From: Waterburya sp.
GTDB taxonomy: Bacteria; Cyanobacteriota; Cyanobacteriia; Cyanobacteriales; Xenococcaceae
Direction of reading: 5' to 3'
Length of the DNA: 64,000 nt
Assembly (NCBI GenBank): GCA_965217895.1
Contig: CBDCJV010000002.1
Location: 192,001 to 256,000 of the forward strand
In this document: positions 38,909 through 49,974 of the stretch, in pieces
How the letters are laid out: every line of letters starts with the position of its first letter
How positions within the stretch are numbered: position 1 is the stretch's first letter
The notes under the pieces: generated by a model
Told to the model about the DNA's origin: nothing
Database searches by the model: none
What the model saw: the letters and a program-made list of their open reading frames with translations, nothing else
Made by a program: the position numbers and the translations under genes

Positions 38909-39280
38909 TTGTCTCGCAATCTACTTGTTGAAATATTATTAAATCCCCTTAAACAAAAAATGTTTATCTTCGCAAAAATTGATTTTCGCCATCTTTTCGC
39001 TGTGTGTCTAATTTCAGTTGTTTTATTTATCGGTTCAGCGATCGCAGTTGATCGTCAAAATACCGCTTTTGCCGAAGTTTTGGAAAGAGATACGGTAGGT
39101 ATAACAGGAGATAAACCCCTGAGCGATACTGAGTATGAATCAGCAAAAGCAAACCGCAATCGATTACAGGCAGAGTTATCACAACAGGCTGAATCTAAAG
39201 CTGAAGCTAAAACCAACTCAGAAAGCGTTGCTGAAAAGCTTAATTTAGATGAAATTAAGACTCCATCGATTGATGATTAA
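38909..39280 (+). CDS. Secreted hypothetical protein (start probably ATG 38960)
   Basis: Signal-like hydrophobic stretch ending AFA, then a hydrophilic tail with EKLNLDE. Confidence 0.65.
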   Translation: MSRNLLVEILLNPLKQKMFIFAKIDFRHLFAVCLISVVLFIGSAIAVDRQNTAFAEVLERDTVGITGDKPLSDTEYESAKANRNRLQAELSQQAESKAEAKTNSESVAEKLNLDEIKTPSIDD

Positions 39281-39461
39281 TTAGAACTTACTAAAAAACC
39301 AATATTTAGGGATGGAATACTTTAAAAGCTTTTAGCTCTTAACTTTCTTTGCTGTTCCTTTGTTTTATTAAACAGAAAACGATGCCCACTTCTTGAATGC
39401 TTTAGTCAAAAAGATGGGCGATCGCTTTTTTAGATATTATTTTAGGTATTGTTAGAGAGAC

Positions 39462-40958
39462 TTAAGCATCGAGTAGATCGGATGATTTAGGAATCCAAAC
39501 AGAAACAGAACCTGCTAGACAACGGAAATTTGCCCAACCCTCTTCATTGGTAGTAACTGGTTCTTCTATATGTTCTGTCAGGTCAACATAAGTGTGATTT
39601 GGGTGACCTACTTCCATCCATTTAGTACCTTCCTCACCATTGCTCAAAACTACTGCTATTCCTCCTGGATGTTCCTCGTCACCCAGTCTTGTCCAGCCAA
39701 TACAGTTAGCATGGTCGAAGTAATCGTACTGATCGCCATAGGCATATTCTTGGCGTGTTTCCAGGAATTTATCAATTAGCCATTGGTGGGAATCCATAAA
39801 TATTTCATATTCTTGTCCATCTTTGCCAGTGTCTTTGTAATGTGCGCCATAGTAGTCAGCATAGAAAACGCAGGGATAGCCATCTCTTCTTAACAAAATT
39901 AAAGCATAAGCTAAGGGTTTAAACCAAGCTTCGACAACAGATTCTAAAGATTGCAAAGGTTGAGAATCATGATTTTCTACCAGGGTTACTGCCAAAGTAG
40001 GCTGATCTTTAACCAATGTGCCGTCAAAGATCTGACGCATATCGAAATTGTTGCCTGTTTTACCAGCTTCAGTAAAGTTATAGTGTAAAGGTGCATCAAA
40101 CAAAGCCACATCACCACCTGTAGCATCAATAAAGTGGTGCAAAGCTTCAATATTGTCTGACCAATATTCACCGACAGCAAACAAAGGCTTGCCTGAATAT
40201 TTTCTAACGTGATTTAACCAATTAGGAAAAAATCCTGCCTTGACGTGCTTAACTGCATCAAAACGAAAACCATCAACATCAGTCGTATCTATATACCATT
40301 CACCCCAGTAGTTAAGTTCGCCCCGTACTTCTTCATGTTCCATATCAAGGTCACAACCCATTAGATAGGCAAACGTACCTTTTTCTAAATCTACCTGCTC
40401 GTCAAATTGCTTGTCTCTAAATAAATAAATAGCATTAGCATCGCCATCATAAGCATTATAATCAACCGCGTCAAAATGCCACCAGTGCCACTCTAAGCTA
40501 GAGTATTTGCCTTTACGCCCAGGAAAAGTGAAATGTGTCCAGGTTTTAACTTTTTGCAAGTCCCCCATCGCTTCATGACGGTTATCGGGATTCATCGGCG
40601 TTGCTTCTGTCTCTTCTTCTTTGTCCGCCCCAAGCATATGATTTAACACCACGTCTGCATAGGTGCGTATACCAGCTTCTTTGGCTACTTTAATTGCGTT
40701 AACGTATTCTTCTTTAGTACCGTATTTAGTTCTAACCGAGCCTTTTTGGTCAAACTCCCCTAGGTCAAATATATCGTAAACGCCGTAGCCTACATCGTAA
40801 CCACCACCAGTACCTTTATATGCAGGAGGCAACCAAACCGAGGTAATACCAACTTTTGCAAGATGCTCGGCATTTTCTGCCAACTGATTCCACAGGCTAC
40901 CATTAGGTTCGTTGTACCAGTGGAAATACTGCATCATCACACCATTAAACTCGGACAT
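39462..40958 (-). CDS. Alpha-amylase (GH13)
   Basis: MMQYFHWY, DVVLNH, GFRFDAVKH, VGEYW and ENHDSQP. Confidence 0.95.
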   Translation of the reverse strand: MSEFNGVMMQYFHWYNEPNGSLWNQLAENAEHLAKVGITSVWLPPAYKGTGGGYDVGYGVYDIFDLGEFDQKGSVRTKYGTKEEYVNAIKVAKEAGIRTYADVVLNHMLGADKEEETEATPMNPDNRHEAMGDLQKVKTWTHFTFPGRKGKYSSLEWHWWHFDAVDYNAYDGDANAIYLFRDKQFDEQVDLEKGTFAYLMGCDLDMEHEEVRGELNYWGEWYIDTTDVDGFRFDAVKHVKAGFFPNWLNHVRKYSGKPLFAVGEYWSDNIEALHHFIDATGGDVALFDAPLHYNFTEAGKTGNNFDMRQIFDGTLVKDQPTLAVTLVENHDSQPLQSLESVVEAWFKPLAYALILLRRDGYPCVFYADYYGAHYKDTGKDGQEYEIFMDSHQWLIDKFLETRQEYAYGDQYDYFDHANCIGWTRLGDEEHPGGIAVVLSNGEEGTKWMEVGHPNHTYVDLTEHIEEPVTTNEEGWANFRCLAGSVSVWIPKSSDLLDA

Positions 40959-41155
40959 ATTAGAACTCCCTCCAAAGGCAGCTAAATAGTTATATATTAG
41001 TTAATTAAATTTTGTTCTCAACAATTAGATTGCAAATATTCTATTAGTATCGTTTAGTTTCTTGTTGATTGTTAAGTAATGTTACGCTGCTAGTTAAAAA
41101 TGCAAATCATTCTTAAGATAGATTTTATTTTGAACGTCTGGTGTAAATAAAAAGG

Positions 41156-41368
41156 CTATTTGATAATTTGGTTGATAACATGAATCACTGAATCAACAAA
41201 ATCAGTCTCCAGAATTACTGACGTTGTTTTCCACCATCGTGTTTTTAAGTCTAAAGTTCGCACCTGTTCGGCTGCTACAGAACCCTTAATTTTGAGTCCA
41301 TTAGGTAGCTGAATTAGTGTCTTAATTTCGGGCTTAATGGTATTTGTTATTGGTGAAACTATAACTAT
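41156..41368 (-). pseudogene. 5'-truncated PemK/MazF-family toxin remnant
   Basis: Startless frame IVIVSPITNTIKPEIKTLIQLPNGLKIKGSVAAEQVRTLDLKTRWW..IIK-stop (PIT and EQVRTLD motifs). Confidence 0.65.
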
Positions 41369-41633
41369 TCATGATAAATAGGCGATCGCATTTAAATCTC
41401 AACTTGGTGTTCAAGTTAAGCTCCCGATTAATCTGTGCCAAAAGTTTCTGCTACTATTAAAGGGTTAAAATATTCTCGTAACAAGACAAGGCGATCGCCT
41501 TGAGTTTGAATAACTGCTATATATATATATATTTATTCTCTGTGCCGTATCCGTATTGCGATCGCCTCCTAAAAAACTTATAGCTTGTAGCTATCCTGAT
41601 TGTTTAATTGTCTTAACCCGAAAGTAGCGTTAA

Positions 41634-42710
41634 CTAATTAGGAACTGTTATGCGTTCTAAAGGAATCATTTCCACATCAAGATAAATTTCTTGACCGATC
41701 TTTTGAGCGAGAGCAGATTTTACCCGCTCGATTTGCGCTTTAGAAATTGAATTAAGTGGTGCTGCTATATCTAAATCTACCCTCAAATAGCCTTTTTTCG
41801 GCGTAACTACAATTGAGTTGATATCGGCATTAGCAAAAGTTTCTGTTTCATTGAAAATAAAGTATTCAATTTGTTGGCGAACATTCTTGGTCACAATCAA
41901 CTCACGCATTGAAAGAGTTAAAGGAATACCCAACAAGAACATGACTGCCGTAGACATTGCTAGTCCTTTTTTCGCTCGTTCAAGGTTGCCATAGGACTGA
42001 AACAAAAATACCAAACTGCCAAAAAAGATAATGCAAATTAGGTTGGTTAAAAATAACAGCAGCGCACCAAGGGCAATATCAGCTTCTCCCTGCGCCATAC
42101 CAATACCCACCACACTAAGAGGTGGAACTAAAGCTACGGCGATCGCCACCCCAGGCATAGCACTAGAAATACTCCGACGAGTATTAGCAAAAGCCCCTGC
42201 TGCCCCTGCTGCCATGGCAATACCAAAGTCAATTAAAGTCGGCTTGACGCGAGACATGATTTCTGAATCTACGGTATCTAGACCAATGATTGAAGTAGCA
42301 AGCCAAGAAACACCAATTGTTAGCAAGATTCCTTTGAGTAGCGTAAAACTAGAGCGACGCAGCAGTCTACGATTGCCCATTGCCGTAGAATAAGCCATGC
42401 CAACGATAGGTCCCATCAAAGGTGCAACAATCATCGCCCCAATAATTACCGCAGCACTATTAGCCAGCAGCCCTAAAGTAGCAATAATTGCTGATAAACC
42501 CAGCATAAAGTGAAAGCTAAATGAGGGGACAGATAACCGCCAGATACTTCGGTTTAAGCTAGCAATAGGAGTCGCCTTTTCTTTTAACCAACGCCAATCG
42601 CCGTTATCCTGTTCCCAGAGTCGTTTGAGGTGAAGTTTACGATTTATTTGACGCAGAAAATATCTAATGCGAATAAGATATCGAGGATTGTAGGTCAGAA
42701 TAACTGTCAT
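41634..42710 (-). CDS. DUF389/TIGR00341 membrane protein
   Basis: NSAAVIIGAMIVAPLMGPI and PGVAIAVALVPPL. Confidence 0.9.
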   Translation of the reverse strand: MTVILTYNPRYLIRIRYFLRQINRKLHLKRLWEQDNGDWRWLKEKATPIASLNRSIWRLSVPSFSFHFMLGLSAIIATLGLLANSAAVIIGAMIVAPLMGPIVGMAYSTAMGNRRLLRRSSFTLLKGILLTIGVSWLATSIIGLDTVDSEIMSRVKPTLIDFGIAMAAGAAGAFANTRRSISSAMPGVAIAVALVPPLSVVGIGMAQGEADIALGALLLFLTNLICIIFFGSLVFLFQSYGNLERAKKGLAMSTAVMFLLGIPLTLSMRELIVTKNVRQQIEYFIFNETETFANADINSIVVTPKKGYLRVDLDIAAPLNSISKAQIERVKSALAQKIGQEIYLDVEMIPLERITVPN

Positions 42711-42843
42711 CTCAATTATTTATAAGGCGATTTTAATAATTACTGATAATTAGTAGTTGATAAAGCTCACTTCATCATTGGCTAAGTAACCAATAATATA
42801 AATCATTCTTCAGATATATTCAGTTATCTTAATGTACTTCAAG

Positions 42844-43440
42844 CTAAGGCGATTCTGATGCGCTAGACTCTAGATTTTCCTGCAAAATATCCAAAACAAC
42901 CTGGGGATCGGTTGCCTGCTGCATAATTTGCGCTTCTTGGTCGTAGCGATCGCGTATAGTAGGAATATCTTCGCGTAATTCTTCGACTAATTCGATCAGT
43001 TTGGCAATTTTCTGTTCTGTTAGTAAATTGATTTGTAAGATCAAGTGCGATCGCTGTTCGGCTAACTTATCTTGGCGATTTTGCTGGACTAATACCCCTG
43101 TAGTGATAAGTAAAGCAGAAACATCAATTCCCATTTCCTGGACATCAAACAGAGGTAGACCAAAGGGTAATATCTGTGGTGCTAGATGAGAACAGATTGC
43201 CCAACTGGCAAAAAATAATAATTGCAGATATAAAAATTCCGATTTGCCAAAAAAAGCGGCTATCTTTTCAATAATGCGATCGCGCCAGGGCAACTTTTGT
43301 TCTTGTTCTGCTTGGAAGCCAATAATTGCCTTGATGTTTTTGACTACCTGTTCAGATAAAGGATACCTTTTTCCGTCGATATAAACTGATTTGGCTGACG
43401 GGGGAACAATGGGAGGCAATTTATTAGAAGAGAAAACCAT
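42844..43440 (-). CDS. DUF1003 membrane protein
   Basis: IAAFFG..., LVQQNRQ and LQINLLTEQK. Confidence 0.8.
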   Translation of the reverse strand: MVFSSNKLPPIVPPSAKSVYIDGKRYPLSEQVVKNIKAIIGFQAEQEQKLPWRDRIIEKIAAFFGKSEFLYLQLLFFASWAICSHLAPQILPFGLPLFDVQEMGIDVSALLITTGVLVQQNRQDKLAEQRSHLILQINLLTEQKIAKLIELVEELREDIPTIRDRYDQEAQIMQQATDPQVVLDILQENLESSASESP

Positions 43441-43748
43441 GGAATAGACATCCTAAGTTTAAAGTTTAAAGTTTAAAATAATAAGCAACTATACCTGCAC
43501 TGTAAGCTAATTAAAATTAAACTGCTTCTATCTATAGAAAGAAAAAGGCGATCATTATACTGAATATGTGACCACGCAAAGAGGTGTACGGTTGACTGTC
43601 GCCGTTTCGTGAATGGGAAATTAATTACAGAACTATAGCTAAAATGCGATCGCACAAAAGTAGACAAAGCTGCGATAACTTCCAGGTAAAGTAATTCTAG
43701 TTAATGTTAGTTCGGGTTAAGATAATTAAACGGTTGAGGTAACTCTAG

Positions 43749-46700
43749 TTACATAATAGTTTTTTTGCAGAGTTTTCGATCTTGTAGATTGCTATGTTGT
43801 AGATAATCTTTTACCCAGTTACAGGCGTATTTTAGAGTGTCTAGTTGCAGGATATTATTTAGATTCCAGAGGATGACCTTAGAGTCTTCTCCCGCCGTAG
43901 CTAGAGTTTGACTATCGGGACTAAAAGCGATTGACCAAACGGAATTATCATGTCCCTGAAATGTTTGCAGTTGTTGCCACGTTTGATTTTTATTTTGCCA
44001 CAAAATTATTTTGCCATCATCGTCAACGCTAGCCAAATATTGACTGTTAGGACTGATAGTAACTCCTTTTACCGCAGCATCATGTTTTTCCAAGGTTGCT
44101 ATTGTTTGTCCCTCAAGATTCCAAATTCTCACAGTACGATCTTCGCTACCAGAGATAATTGAATTGCCGTTGGGACTATAAGCAACCGTTCTTACAGCGT
44201 CTTGGTGTCCCTTGAGGGTATGTAACAGGTTGCCATTCATATCCCAGATTTTGACTGTATTGTCTTCGCTAGCGGAAACTAATTGATTCCCTTGAGGGCT
44301 AATTGCAACGTCCCAGACTTTCTGAGTATGTCCTTTGAGGGTATGCAGGAGATTGCCATTAATATCCCAAATTTTAATTAGGTTATCGTCGCCAGCCGTG
44401 ACAATTTTTTGACCATCAGGACTAATATCTACTGCCCAAATAGCAGCGTTATGCGCTTGAATAGTATTGATTACTTTGCCATTTGTTTGCCAAATTCTTA
44501 GGGTTTTATCTGCACCTACTGAGGCAATGGTTTTGTGATAAATTGCGACATCATAGACTTCGGCTGTATGACTGCGAAAAGTCTTAAGTAAAGTCCCTGC
44601 TTGATTCCACAGCTTAACAGTTTGATCGTCGCTAGCAGAGGCAATCAGATCGTTACTATAGTCTACAGCGATCGCCACATCTTGATGACCAGATAAAATT
44701 TTAACTAGATTGTTATTTGGCTGCCATAGTCTCACGGTTTTATCCCAGCTAGCCGAAGCAATATCACCATCAGGAGTATATGCCACATCCCAAACTCTAC
44801 TAGTGTGTCCTCTGAGGGTAGTTATTTCAGTACCGTTGCTGTCCCAAATTTTAAGCCTTTTATCGGCACTAGCGGAGACAATTTGATTATTAAGGGGATT
44901 TACTGCCACACCATATACGGATGCAGAATGTCCTCTAAGAGTAGCAATTTCAGTACCGTTGCCATTCCAGATTTTGAGCGTTTTATCTCGACTACCAGAG
45001 ATTATTTTTTTACCGTCAGGAGTAACTGCCAACGCGCGGACACCTGAACTATGTCCTGTTAAAGTTTTAATCGCTTTACCCTGCTGCCAAATTTTAATTG
45101 TGCCGTCTTCACTTCCTGAGATGATCTTGCCATCGAGACTTATAGTAATAGCTTCAACTGCTGCGGTATGTCCTCGTAGAGTGCTAACAATATTACCCTG
45201 TTGCCAAACCTTGATCGTGCCATCTTCGCTACCTGTAACTATTTGATCATTTGGCTTAATCGCAACACTGGTAACTGGCTGGGGATGTTGCAAGGTATCT
45301 AGCAACTTACCGTCTTGATTCCACAATTTTACAGTGCGATCGCGACTGGCAGAAGCAATAATGCCATTAGAACTAATTGCTACATCTACCACCCAACCAT
45401 CGTGTTTTAATATTTTGCTAGGTTGCCAGCCTGTTGAGTTTTTGTGCCACAGTCTAACGGTATTATCTGTAGCTGCGGTAGCCATCAGCTTGCCGTTGGT
45501 AGAAACTGCAATACTGTAAATGCGATCGCTATGTCCCAAAAGGCGATCGTATTCTTTGATTTCGTATACCGACTGTTGCAAAGCGGTATTAACTTTCTGC
45601 GTTAGATCTTGATTAACTCGCCAGGATTTTTTTAGCTGCTGCTTGGCTTTAATGGCTGTAATTAAAGCATCAAGTTTTTGATTGGAGGCAAAGAGTGCTT
45701 CGCTAGACTGTACGAGAGTATTGATGTTGCTGAAGTTAGTTTGGCGAGATTTAAGATAAAACCCCGCAAGCATTGCCAAGGAGAAAAGAATAAATAGTCT
45801 TTGCCATCTAACCAACTTCTTTTCTTGCGCCAATTGTCTGGCTACAATTTCGGCTTTTTGAGCCAATTGTGCTTGTCTTTGCTCTTTAATATCTAGAAAT
45901 TCGCTTTTTCTTAAAAACTCGTTTTCTTTTGCCGTAATACTGTGCTTACTTGCCCAAGTTTGTGCTTCGTCTAAGGCTGTCCCTCGTAATAGATGAGATC
46001 GATCCTGTTCGGATTTTAACCAAGCTGCGATCGCATTTTGATAGGGACTTATGGCTGTTAACTGTTTAACAATCCATGCTTTATTAAAAACTTGTTCATA
46101 AATAGGATTACTAACTCTTAATTTTCCCTGTCGTGCGCTGACTAACCCACTGAGGCGTAATTCTACTTGCTCATCACTACCGTCGATAGCTATGCCTTGC
46201 TGTTTAAGTATTTGTTGATAAAGAGTCAGAAATCTCGCTCTATTTTGGTGATTATGTAAAAGGCGATCGCGTATAGTTTTAAGATGTTCTGGTTCGTCTT
46301 GAATTTCCCAGTTATCTACCAAGCGATGTTGAATTAATCGAGGTATGTTTACTTGTGATTCACTACATCGAACGGTTAAAGAACAAAGTTTTTGAGTTAA
46401 AAAAGGCTGTCCTTTTGTCCAATATAAAATCTCTTGTAAGATTGCTGATGATTCGGTGAATTTATTTGATAAACCTGCTATCAATGGTTGCGCTTCGGTA
46501 AAATCAAACCCTGTAAGCCCAATAGCTTTACCAATATTAAAAGGACTAAGTTGTTTATCTATTCTTAAACTTGAGGGCGTTGCTACACCTAATAAGCAAA
46601 AAGTTAAGCGATGATATTGTTTAGATTCAACTCTTTTTTCATAACAATTGCGAATTAAAATTAGAAACTCATCGCGAAAATCGAGATTAATAATATTATC

Positions 46701-47132
46701 AACTTCATCTAGAAAGATAATAATATCTGCAAGACAATTAGCTAACAAAACATCTTCAATAAAGCGATTAAACCTTTGAATAGGGGAAAGTTGCAAATGC
46801 GATCGCCACCAGTTTAGATCGTCATCAATTCCCGTAGTCAAACGCAGCTTGCGCCATAATTCAGCAGCTAATCCGCCATACCACTGTTCGGCTGTAGCAA
46901 ATCTACCTAAGATTCCCAAATCAATTGCTACACATTTAAAACCTTCTTTTGCTAGAGTTTTCATTGTTCTAACTCTTAGGCTTGATTTGCCCATTTGCCG
47001 AGAATTAAGTACGTAGCAAAACTCTTTTTGCTTTAAGGAATTATATATATCGCGATCGGCTTTCCTAGCAATGTAAGTTGGATGTCCATAACGTAAACTT
47101 CCTCCAACTTTGAAATAGTTATTATCAAACAT
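43749..47132 (-). CDS. AAA_35 NTPase, TM helix and about 14 WD40 repeats
   Basis: YIARKAD, SRQMGKSSL Walker A, IFLDEVD Walker B, WTKGQPFLTQKLC and repeated GH..SAS.D.TVKIW. Confidence 0.93.
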   Translation of the reverse strand: MFDNNYFKVGGSLRYGHPTYIARKADRDIYNSLKQKEFCYVLNSRQMGKSSLRVRTMKTLAKEGFKCVAIDLGILGRFATAEQWYGGLAAELWRKLRLTTGIDDDLNWWRSHLQLSPIQRFNRFIEDVLLANCLADIIIFLDEVDNIINLDFRDEFLILIRNCYEKRVESKQYHRLTFCLLGVATPSSLRIDKQLSPFNIGKAIGLTGFDFTEAQPLIAGLSNKFTESSAILQEILYWTKGQPFLTQKLCSLTVRCSESQVNIPRLIQHRLVDNWEIQDEPEHLKTIRDRLLHNHQNRARFLTLYQQILKQQGIAIDGSDEQVELRLSGLVSARQGKLRVSNPIYEQVFNKAWIVKQLTAISPYQNAIAAWLKSEQDRSHLLRGTALDEAQTWASKHSITAKENEFLRKSEFLDIKEQRQAQLAQKAEIVARQLAQEKKLVRWQRLFILFSLAMLAGFYLKSRQTNFSNINTLVQSSEALFASNQKLDALITAIKAKQQLKKSWRVNQDLTQKVNTALQQSVYEIKEYDRLLGHSDRIYSIAVSTNGKLMATAATDNTVRLWHKNSTGWQPSKILKHDGWVVDVAISSNGIIASASRDRTVKLWNQDGKLLDTLQHPQPVTSVAIKPNDQIVTGSEDGTIKVWQQGNIVSTLRGHTAAVEAITISLDGKIISGSEDGTIKIWQQGKAIKTLTGHSSGVRALAVTPDGKKIISGSRDKTLKIWNGNGTEIATLRGHSASVYGVAVNPLNNQIVSASADKRLKIWDSNGTEITTLRGHTSRVWDVAYTPDGDIASASWDKTVRLWQPNNNLVKILSGHQDVAIAVDYSNDLIASASDDQTVKLWNQAGTLLKTFRSHTAEVYDVAIYHKTIASVGADKTLRIWQTNGKVINTIQAHNAAIWAVDISPDGQKIVTAGDDNLIKIWDINGNLLHTLKGHTQKVWDVAISPQGNQLVSASEDNTVKIWDMNGNLLHTLKGHQDAVRTVAYSPNGNSIISGSEDRTVRIWNLEGQTIATLEKHDAAVKGVTISPNSQYLASVDDDGKIILWQNKNQTWQQLQTFQGHDNSVWSIAFSPDSQTLATAGEDSKVILWNLNNILQLDTLKYACNWVKDYLQHSNLQDRKLCKKTIM

Positions 47133-47151
47133 CTATATTATTAAATAATTA

Positions 47152-48456
47152 CTAATCAATTATCCTTGGTAAAAAATAAAGTTTATATAGTTCACAACTA
47201 GGCATAACCGTATTATTTTCTTTCGACCATTGAATTAATCCCATACGATAAAGTTGATAAGCTAAAAGCGTTTCTACTTGTACAGAGCCAGAGCTTTTTA
47301 ACACTTTTAAAAATATCTTGTTGAGCTTGCTATTAGACTTCAAATTAATTAAATGTTGCCGCAGATAACTATTATAAATTCCCGTCTCGGTTGCAGCCTT
47401 TTCTAATAATTCATCCAGACTTTGCTCAGAGTTACTTGATAAGTTAGACATAATCAAATCAACTAAGTAAGGATGTCCTCCGAGCATAAATATTAGCTGC
47501 TCAATTTCTGTGACAGAAAAATTTAAGCTGTAAGACTTTGCCAATTCTTTTATTTGCTGCCGATCAAATGGTTTTAATTCAACAGGTAAACCGACATTAA
47601 AAGGCGACTGATTAATGTCTAAACTACCAAAGTCTTCAGTAGAATAGACTACCACAAGTCGCAACTTTTCCCAAAGTTCATCATTATTAGCTTCTTCATA
47701 CCAACTGCGTAATAAATAAAAAAAATCTTGACTAATATTTGGATAATTTAACAGGCGATCAACTTCATCTAAACCTAATACCAAAGGTTGCTCAGATTGT
47801 TCTAAAACTTTTTCTAGATATCTAGTACAACTAAGCATACTGCCTCGGTCTTGATTCCAATAGTCATCGAGATTTAGATTTAGTTTTAAAGCATCGCTAA
47901 GATAAATGCAAAACCAGCGTAAAAACTGATCTAGGCTATTAAATTTGCTTGTTTCTATTTGTAATAAATTAATATGAACCGTGGGGTATTTTTGTTCGCT
48001 AGCATAGTTCAATATATTATTTAGCAATTTTGTCTTGCCCATTTTACTGGGAGCTTTAATTCTAATTATTGCTCCTGGCTGCAAGATAGTTTGATAACAT
48101 TCGGCTTCAATTGATGAGGTTTGTAAACTAGCATGATTTTGCTTGTTTAAAAAACCTTCTGATGCTTGAAAATCTTCTAACAGCCAATCTCTTAATATTT
48201 GAAAGCTTCCCGCACCTTGTCTTTTTTGTAATTCTACACAACCGTCATCTCTAGTTTTAAAAACCTTATAAATATTGGTCAGATGCTTGACAAAAGATTC
48301 AAAGCTACTCACTTCTGCTAGTTGCCAAATATCTTCTATTTTCTTGAGCCAATTTTGATGAGCAAAGCGAGTCAAAAATACGCTTGTCTGAGTAGTAGTT
48401 AAATTAAACTTTAGTGCTTGATGCTCTAAAAAATCATTCCATTGGTTATCAAACAT
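47152..48456 (-). CDS. AAA_35 NTPase with an N-terminal helical (possibly DNA-binding) domain
   Basis: IKAPSKMGKT, LGLDEVD, QSPFNVG and GGHPYLV. Confidence 0.88.
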   Translation of the reverse strand: MFDNQWNDFLEHQALKFNLTTTQTSVFLTRFAHQNWLKKIEDIWQLAEVSSFESFVKHLTNIYKVFKTRDDGCVELQKRQGAGSFQILRDWLLEDFQASEGFLNKQNHASLQTSSIEAECYQTILQPGAIIRIKAPSKMGKTKLLNNILNYASEQKYPTVHINLLQIETSKFNSLDQFLRWFCIYLSDALKLNLNLDDYWNQDRGSMLSCTRYLEKVLEQSEQPLVLGLDEVDRLLNYPNISQDFFYLLRSWYEEANNDELWEKLRLVVVYSTEDFGSLDINQSPFNVGLPVELKPFDRQQIKELAKSYSLNFSVTEIEQLIFMLGGHPYLVDLIMSNLSSNSEQSLDELLEKAATETGIYNSYLRQHLINLKSNSKLNKIFLKVLKSSGSVQVETLLAYQLYRMGLIQWSKENNTVMPSCELYKLYFLPRIID

Positions 48457-48653
48457 ATATCATTTGCTATTTATAGCTAGCTTTTTTATTGGCAATATAG
48501 TTTAAATATATGTTCAATAGTGAATTTTTTTCAAGATTGAGTGAATTTTCTACTTTTTTTCCAGTTATGTGTTTTTAAACAATAAAGTTTCTATATTTTT
48601 TAGATTGGATAGTTTAATTCTTTTAATTATATTTAGTTTTAAAGCATAAGTTC

Positions 48654-49229
48654 TTGGTTTTAATAAATCAGGAGAAAAACAATATGACTATTATCAGTGG
48701 TACTATTTACGACGATAATTTAGAGGGAACTTCTCTAGATGATTCTCTTTTTGGCGATGCAGGAAATGATAATTTAATTGGTAGTGAAGGAGATGATTAT
48801 TTAGATGGTTGGAGTGGTAACGACGAACTCAATGGTGATACCGGCGATGATGTCTTATTAGGATATACGGGTAACGATAGTTTGTTAGGAAGTACAGGTA
48901 GCGATATCCTTGCAGGTGAAGCAGGAGACGATCTTCTCAATGGCTACGGTGATACTGAGTCTGAATATGACATCTTGAGTGGTGGTGAAGGTGCAGACAC
49001 CTTTGCACTCGGCGATATATCTAAAGTTTTTTATCAAGGATTTGGCTTTGCTACAATTACCGATTTTGAATCAACTGAAGGAGATAAACTTCAAGTTTTT
49101 GGCAGCATCGAAGATTACTCTCTCTCAGAGTTTTATGGTGGTACAGATATTTACTATCAGAATGACTTAATTGGTAACGTCGCCAACACCCCTGATATAT
49201 CACTAGAAAACGATTTCATTTTTGTTTAA
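48654..49229 (+). CDS. Hemolysin-type (RTX) calcium-binding repeat protein (start probably ATG 48684)
   Basis: Tandem GxxGNDxLx nonapeptides, GGEGADTF and ATITDF; GGAG RBS. Confidence 0.9.
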   Translation: MVLINQEKNNMTIISGTIYDDNLEGTSLDDSLFGDAGNDNLIGSEGDDYLDGWSGNDELNGDTGDDVLLGYTGNDSLLGSTGSDILAGEAGDDLLNGYGDTESEYDILSGGEGADTFALGDISKVFYQGFGFATITDFESTEGDKLQVFGSIEDYSLSEFYGGTDIYYQNDLIGNVANTPDISLENDFIFV

Positions 49230-49488
49230 TTAACTGTTGAAACTTTATCGCTTTACCAATCAACCTGTTCCAACAGTCGTTGTTATCAGCAATCTTAAAA
49301 ATCATGAAAATCTTAACTATACTAAAGCACATAAAATCAACTGATTGTCAAATATACGCATCTTAAGGGTGGTTAGGTAAGCAGCAGTTACATAAAGACC
49401 AAGAACAAACTAAACAAAAATCTAATGGATCTAAATTAGAACAGCTTTTTTTAGCAGAAAATCTTAAATCGAAGGGGAAGTCAAAAAA

Positions 49489-49905
49489 ATGTCAGACCAA
49501 AAATCTTTAGACAAAGAATTGCATAAGAATTTGCCAGTTAGAAAAGCATATCAGTTTCTTCAAATTAGAGTTCAGCTTTTAGGCAGAGGCATAACCAACG
49601 AAATTATGAATCTTTACGTGAATGGAAAAAAATTAAAGTATAAAGTAAAAACAATGCATGAATTTTTAAACTTTTTAGGTGTTCAGGGTTTTCGCATTGT
49701 TACAGCAGAATTAGAAACAGAAGGCGTTGATAATAATTTTTCTAAAGTTCATTTTTATACAATGCAGCGTGAAATTTTTACGCAAGATGATCTCACTGAG
49801 GATATTTTCGCTACTTTAGATAGAACTAAACAAGGGGCAGATTTTGGAGAATCTGTTAGGAACTTTTTAGAGTTTACAACAACGCTTGATAATTTACCTA
49901 TATAA
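49489..49905 (+). CDS. Hypothetical protein
   Basis: 138-aa ORF with a purine-rich upstream RBS; no motif recognised. Confidence 0.6.
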   Translation: MSDQKSLDKELHKNLPVRKAYQFLQIRVQLLGRGITNEIMNLYVNGKKLKYKVKTMHEFLNFLGVQGFRIVTAELETEGVDNNFSKVHFYTMQREIFTQDDLTEDIFATLDRTKQGADFGESVRNFLEFTTTLDNLPI

Positions 49906-49974
49906 AATTAGCGAATATTTGCGCGATCGCATTTTATCAGACTTCAAGCGATCGCGCACCGTATCTAAAGGAAA

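Noticed and set aside
43860..45540. DNA-level repeats suggesting a diversity-generating or mobile array
   Set aside because: They are explained by WD40 coding repeats. No RT gene or template/variable repeat pair was seen.
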